From Octopus vulgaris (taxonomy: Eukaryota), in assembly GCA_951406725.2 (NCBI GenBank), contig OX597842.1, forward strand, positions 34,162,001 to 34,226,000: a DNA stretch of 64,000 nucleotides, in the 5' to 3' direction. Each line of letters begins with the position of its first letter. Position 1 is the first letter of the stretch. The position numbers and the translations under genes were made by a program. Positions 57,376 to 64,000 of this stretch are shown in pieces. The notes under the pieces are model-generated. The model ran no database searches and was not told the DNA's origin. It saw nothing but the letters and a program-made list of their open reading frames with translations.

Positions 57376-57467
57376 GGATGTATTTGTGTATATATAAATA
57401 TATATACACACACTCACATAAAATTCCATATTTATATATGAATGTGTGTGTGTGTATATGTATATAT

Positions 57468-57659
57468 AAATCCTTAAATCCTTAAAAATGTTTCAGCCCG
57501 AAGGCTGCGGCCATGCTGGGGCACCACCGTTGCGTGAGCTACACTAGTATGTGAAACAATCTCTGATCAACAAGGGAGTTCGATGCCACAGCCCGCATCT
57601 GTGTTTCCTGCCGAGAGGTAGGTTCATCTGGGACCCCCGACAAGAAGAGATCCAGTTTA
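57468..57659 (-). mobile_element. CR1/L2-group LINE 3' end
   Basis: 57658-57539 translates KLDLFLSGVPDEPTSRQETQMRAVASNSLVDQRLFHILV*, homologous to the 62786-63223 ORF end; followed by the GGTGGTGCCCCAGCATGGCCGCAG tail. Confidence 0.82.
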
Positions 57660-57799
57660 TAATTCTAGTTTTCCGCCCATTAGAACACAAAAGTTCTTTA
57701 ACCTACCAAACATAAACAGCCATTTTTCTGTTCCGAAGTCTTCCTCTATAAAACGAGCGACTGTCTGCGCATGTATACATACATGCATATATATGTGAA

Positions 57800-57844
<45 letters not shown>

Positions 57845-58096
57845 GTGTATATATACATATATCTACATATATATAAATACATATATACAAAGACAAATAT
57901 GCACACATACATACGTATATACATATATACATAAATATATATATACATATAAAGATAGATATACTTATATAATTCATATATATACACACATATATATAAG
58001 CACATATATGTATATATACACACTTAGGAATGCATGTATGTATATATATATATACACATATATAAACAAATATACGTATACCTATCTACCTATATT

Positions 58097-58132
<36 letters not shown>

Positions 58133-58522
58133 AGTATGTGTATGTGTATATGCAACATACATACATATACATGTAAATAAATGTATACATATAGGTATAT
58201 ATATATAAATATGTATATACATATATACATATATACGTATGTATATGTATATACACACACATCCACACACACACACAGAAGTGTGTGTGTGTGTGTGGGT
58301 ATTGGTGATTGTCTCCTAGGTCCATATAAGGAACTTATGTTTGCTTTGGTGTGTCTACGTGGGCGTATGTTTGTGTGTATCTATAGGTATGTATGAGTGT
58401 TTGTGTATGCGTGTGTGTATGTGTGTGTGTGTATCTGTGTGTATGCGCGTGTGTGTGTGTGTGTGATAGTGGGTGTATATGTAAATGCGACTCCTTCTAA
58501 GTGTCTCCCTGAGCTGTGCATG

Positions 58523-58576
<54 letters not shown>

Positions 58577-58582
58577 TATATA

Positions 58583-58619
<37 letters not shown>

Positions 58620-58683
58620 ATACAATTATGTATACGTGTGTGTGCGCCCTTGTGTGGGATATGCATGCGTGAATTCGAATTAG

Positions 58684-58731
<48 letters not shown>

Positions 58732-58748
58732 CTGTGTGTGTGTGTGTA

Positions 58749-58782
<34 letters not shown>

Positions 58783-59038
58783 GTTGTTGTTTTTGCGAAA
58801 TCGTAAGAAGGGACGTCTGCAAATATTTGCGCGCAAGTGGATACGCTTGAGTGTGTATATTTTTGTATATATATGTATATACATACATATATATATACAT
58901 ATATATGAAAACGTATGCATGGATGTATAAACGCACGTCTGTCCCATCTTCTTTCTCTCCCTCTCTCTCCACATCTCTCTCTCTCTCTTTCTACTTCATT
59001 CTCTCGTTAGCTCCTTTGCTCTTCCGTGTCTTCTGTTG

Positions 59039-59086
<48 letters not shown>

Positions 59087-59158
59087 GTATGTATGTATGT
59101 ATATATAAAGGTTTTCTCTGATGGACGACTCCTTTTTGCACTGCGCATAAACACGTAT

Positions 59159-59215
<57 letters not shown>

Positions 59216-59283
59216 CATACATAAATACATACATTTATAAGTATACATTTATATTTATTCATTTCTTTAAATATACGCATTTT

Positions 59284-59356
<73 letters not shown>

Positions 59357-59424
59357 CACACACATATGCACATATATACGTAGCTAAATTGCGTATATAT
59401 GCATTTAAATGCATTCTCTGTCTC

Positions 59425-59467
<43 letters not shown>

Positions 59468-59510
59468 TATATTTATAAACTCATATTTATATATGTACAT
59501 AAACACACAC

Positions 59511-59550
<40 letters not shown>

Positions 59551-60021
59551 AGAGAAGAGAGAGGGACATATATATAAATATGAGTTTATAAATATAGTAT
59601 ATATATATATATATATATATATATACTATATTTATAAACTCATATTTATATATGTACATAAACACACGCGTATATATATACATAGAGAAAGAGAGGAACT
59701 TATATGTATATACATATATATATTTATATATATATATATATATATATATACGTTATATACGTTATACATATATATATATATTTATATACGTTGCACACGC
59801 ATACGTTATATGTACGTTATATACACATGCATACACAATATATATATATATATATATATATCCGCATGCGCACATACATTGAGCCTCGTTCTTAAATATA
59901 TCTTTCGCTGTTCACTTTTCCTTTTTCCTGTAGTGTTCCTATACAGAAATATGCCTTTGTTTTTGTATGTTTGTCTGTTTTCTATCTTTCTTTCTTTTTT
60001 ACCTTTTTCCTTCCTTTCTCA

Positions 60022-60052
<31 letters not shown>

Positions 60053-60375
60053 GACGACAACCAAAGCAACAATATCACACACACACGCAAACACACACAT
60101 ACAAACAAACAAACAAAAGCAGAATTATAAACAGCCAAGAAAGAACAAGCCACAATAACACAACATCGGGAAGAAAAATAAACGACCGCTCGGCGGACGA
60201 TAAATTCAGAAGGACGCCATATTTGTTTAATCTAAATTTCGCTTCTATTTTTTCTTTGTTTTTTTTTTTTTTCTAAATTGCTTGTTTGTTGTTGTTTGTT
60301 TTGTTTCCGTTAAAGTCACCGTTTATTTTATCTCGGCAACACTCATTGTTACTTGGTTATGTCGGTGGATGGTGT

Positions 60376-60429
60376 GGGAGGGTGACGGGGAGGGGTGGGG
60401 GTCGGCCCGGGGTGGGGTGGGTGAGGGGC
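60376..60429 (+). other. Potential G-quadruplex-forming tract
   Basis: About nine runs of 3-5 G with short spacers. Confidence 0.5.
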
Positions 60430-60499
60430 TCGGTCGGATTGATTCTTGCGTTTGAGTTTGCGCTAGTGGTTGTTGTTGTTGTTGCTGTTGTTGTTAATG

Positions 60500-60600
60500 A
60501 CGGTGGCGATGGTGATGATGACGACGATGATGATGATGATGATGATGATGGTGATGGCGGTGATGATGATGATGCTGATGAGGATGGTGTTGATGATGAC

Positions 60601-60668
<68 letters not shown>

Positions 60669-60673
60669 CGAAG

Positions 60674-60723
<50 letters not shown>

Positions 60724-61311
60724 AATGATGATGGTGATGGTGATGGTGATGATAATGGTGGTGTTGATGCTATCGCTTTTGTTTCTCTCATAATCGTCGC
60801 CGATGTCGCCATCTTCGACCATCCGTCTTCGTCGTCATCATCGTCTTCGTCGTCATCATCGTCATCATTGTCATCATCGTCATCATCGGCATTATCGTCA
60901 TCATGATCGCCATCGTCGTCGTCAGCGTCGCCATCATTACTACCATCATTAATGTGAATATGGCCGTCATTGTCATCATCGTCATCGTTGTCGTCGTCAT
61001 CGGTGGCAGCGGCGGCGGCGGCGGTGGCAGCGGCGGCGGCGGTGGCAGCGGCGGCGGCGGTGGCAGCGGCGGCGGCGGTGGCAGCGGCGGCGGCGGCGGT
61101 GGCAGCGGCGGCGGCGGCGGTGGCAGCGGCGGCGGTGGCAGCGGCGGCGGTGGCAGCGGCGGCGGTGGCAGCGGCGGCGGTGGCAGCGGCGGCGGCGGTG
61201 GCAGCGGCGGCGGCGGCGGTGGCAGCGGCGGCGGCGGCGGTGGCGTCAGCATCGTCATCGTTGTCATGAAGTAAATATTACTACCATTGTCATCCTCATC
61301 CTCATCATCAC

Positions 61312-61345
<34 letters not shown>
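60500..61345. repeat. (GAT)n and (ATC)n tracts enclosing a (GGC)nGGTGGCAGC GC-rich repeat (61002-61245)
   Basis: Direct reading. Confidence 0.92.
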
Positions 61346-61370
<25 letters not shown>

Positions 61371-62624
61371 ATCATCACCTTTACCACCACCACCACCACC
61401 AACAACATCATCATCATCATCACCATCATTATCACGTCCCCACCGCCATCAACAACAACAATAATACTATGACCATCACCCCTACCACCACCATCACCAT
61501 AGGATGGTGGAAGTACTGATTGTGTTCTTGGTAAAGTGGTGGTTTTATTGTTGTTGTTGTAGTTGAGGTTGTAGTAGTAGTGTGCTTTTCTCATTGGTGT
61601 TGGTGTTGGTGGTGGTGTTGGTGATAGTGGTGGTAGTGATGATAGCAGTGGTGGTGGTGGTGGTGGTGGTGGCGTCGGTTGCTTCTGGTGGTGAAGGTAG
61701 TGGCGGTGGTAGTGGTGTTTGGTGATGAGGTCCTTGAAGTGGTGGATCTAATAACAGCGGTGATGATGGTGTCTCTGGTGGCAATGGTAGTGGTGGTAGT
61801 GCTGCTTGAGTTGGTGGATGTGGTGGAGGCGGTGGTGGTAGTGGTGGCGATGATGGTGGTTGTGGTGGTGGTAGTGGTCGTCGTCGTCGTCGTAGTGATG
61901 TACGTAGTTTTCGTACGCGTTGGGTAATAGTTGTACGGGTAGTGGCGGTGGTGGCGGTGGTCGCGATGATGGTGGTGGCGGTGGTCGTGATGATGGTGGT
62001 AGTGGTCGTCGTCGTCGTCGTCGTCGTAGTGATGAGGGTGTTGTCATTAGTGTGTTTATAATCAATAAAGGGTGAAAGTTGTTGGCTGAACCGGAAGTGG
62101 GGTGGATTTCCAAAGACATTTAATCGTGTCCCTGTGTTTTATTATAGATTCCGAGATCAAATCCTACCGAGGTCATCTCTGCCTTTCACCCTGAAATAAT
62201 CGAGCGGATCAAGGGTGGGATGGTGGAATGTTGTGGTGGAGATGTGGAAGAAGAGGAAGAGGAAGGGGAGGATAAGTGGAGGGGAGGAGAAGTGGAGGGG
62301 AGGAGGGGGGAGAAGCGGAGGAGGAGATGTGGAGGAGTAGGAGAAGTAGAGGAGGAGGAAGAGGAGGAGGACAAGAAGAATTGGAGGAGAGGGAAGAAGA
62401 TGGAGGAGGGCAGGAGGAGGAGTGGGGTAGGAGGAGGCGGAGTGGGGTAGGAGGAGGAGGAGGAGGAGGAGTGGGGTAGGAGGAGGAGGAGTGGGGTAGG
62501 AGGAGGAGGGCATGGGGTGGATTGGGGCAGGAGGAGGAGGAATAAGTCCACCATTTCAGGTGGTGCCCCAGCATGGCCGTAGTAAAATGACTGGAGCAAG
62601 TAAAATATAAAAGAAATTATATAG

Positions 62625-62738
<114 letters not shown>

Positions 62739-62859
62739 GTAGATTGATTGATAGATACATAGGTAAATAGATAGATATACATCACGTGACCACGACTGAC
62801 CATGGTATCAGATACTGTTACACATCGCTTGTCACAATAGATTATCTGTATATGTTTTG

Positions 62860-63308
62860 CTTTATTCTCATGCATATCTTCTGGAAGATCCTGGAAGGTC
62901 TTGTCCCAGACTTTAGCATCGAGAGTCACACAAACGCCAGAACCGGACGCCACTGCGTAGTACCAAGGACTCCAAATTTGCCATCAAGATGTAGGACAAG
63001 ATATTGTGATAGCCTGGGCTTCAGAGGCCCACGGCTCTTCAATGTCCTCCCGAAGAACCTGAGGGACCTGCATGGTGTAGATGCGGATGTCTTTAAAGTA
63101 GGACTGGATCTCTTCCTGTCAGGTGTCCCGGATGAACCAACTTCACGGCAGGAGGTGCAGATGAGGGCAGCTGCATCGAACTCTCTCATGCATCAGATGG
63201 CGTTTGCTAAAAAGCATTCGTGAGGTAAACCCGTGTAGCAAACCAAATGGCGGTGCCCCAGCATGGCCACAGCTCATTAGCTGAAACTAGAAAAATCAAA
63301 ATCAAATC
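62860..63308 (+). mobile_element. CR1/L2-group LINE 3' fragment (ORF2 C-terminus to stop at 63223, plus 3' UTR)
   Basis: WKILEGLVP..GR.C..RGPRLFNVLP..FK..LD.FL..VPDEP..SNSL..Q; UTR GGCGGTGCCCCAGCATGGCCACAG and short (AAATC) tail. Clade assignment from memory. Confidence 0.8.
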
Positions 63309-63443
63309 ATATAGCTACATATCTAGACATGCTCATATGTATTTAAACGATAAACTTCTGTAAGGTTTTACAGATTTTTATAGTTCCACTGATGGATTGG
63401 ATCTGTAATCTTCGAATTAGCTTTCTCCTTTCGGACTTTCTGT

Positions 63444-63655
63444 GTATGTATGTATGCATGCATGTATGTATGTATGTATGTATGTATGTATGTATGTATG
63501 TATGTATGTATGTATGTATGTATGTATGTATGTATGTATGTATGTATGTATGTATGTATGTATGTATGTATGTATGTATGTATGTATGTATGCATGCATG
63601 TATGTATGTATGTATGTATGTACGTATGTACGTATGTATGTATGTATGTATGTAT
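63444..63655. repeat. (TATG)n microsatellite
   Basis: Direct reading. Confidence 0.95.
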
Positions 63656-63782
63656 GTGTGTTTGTGTGTGTGTATGTATGCATTCGTGTATGTATACGTG
63701 CAGATTTGTATGTTTTGCTTTATGTATGTAGTCTCACTCTTTCTTCTTGTTCCTGTTGTACCTGTATTTCAAAGGAACCAGC

Positions 63783-63896
63783 CTTAAGAGTACACGTGTC
63801 TGTGGAGTACTCAGCCACTTGCACGTTAATTTCACGAGCAGGCTGTTCCTTTGATCGGATCAACTGGAACCCTCGTCGTAACCGACGGAGTGCCAC
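63783..63896 (+). mobile_element. SINE family C, 3' fragment
   Basis: TTAAGAGTACACGTGTCTGTGGAGTACTCAGCCACTTGCACGTTAATTTCACG..AACCGACGGAGTGCCA. Confidence 0.7.
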
Positions 63897-64000
63897 GTCG
63901 ATTTATGTATATGTATATATATGTATATAAATATTACACAGATACACACACACACGCACACAACAGGCTTATTTTAGTTTCTATCAACCAAATGGACCCA

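Noticed and set aside
60903-61274. (GGGGS)n linker-like ORF on plus, formin FH1-like PPPPPL on minus
   Set aside because: It is a GGC-based simple repeat continuous with (ATC)n tracts; there is no FH2 or other domain, no clear splice context and no vector sequence.

Overview
Eukaryotic, AT-rich, microsatellite-saturated DNA ((TA)n, (CA)n, (GATA)n, (TTA)n, (TTC)n, (GAT)n, (TATG)n). The repeat families look like octopus/coleoid cephalopod ones (recognised from memory, not by search). No host protein-coding gene can be supported, and nearly all listed ORFs are microsatellite translations. The non-microsatellite DNA is mostly mobile: at least three tRNA-headed SINE families, a Tx1/L1-like LINE whose 3' end runs into (TATC)n, CR1/L2-group LINE 3' ends, an R4/Dong-like endonuclease fragment running into a 1.7-kb (TAA)n array, and three non-autonomous Helitron-like elements. 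The most notable signal is about 15 minimal type-I hammerhead-ribozyme folds from roughly 10 apparently unrelated small elements sitting in (TA)n tracts. They include canonical cores, a G3-C8 covariant, a family with a fixed A6U core, fold-back pairs and a ~466-bp unit that appears circularly permuted (Penelope/retrozyme-like). Two SINE-LINE tail partnerships are visible within the window. Coordinates were read by eye and are approximate at the edges.
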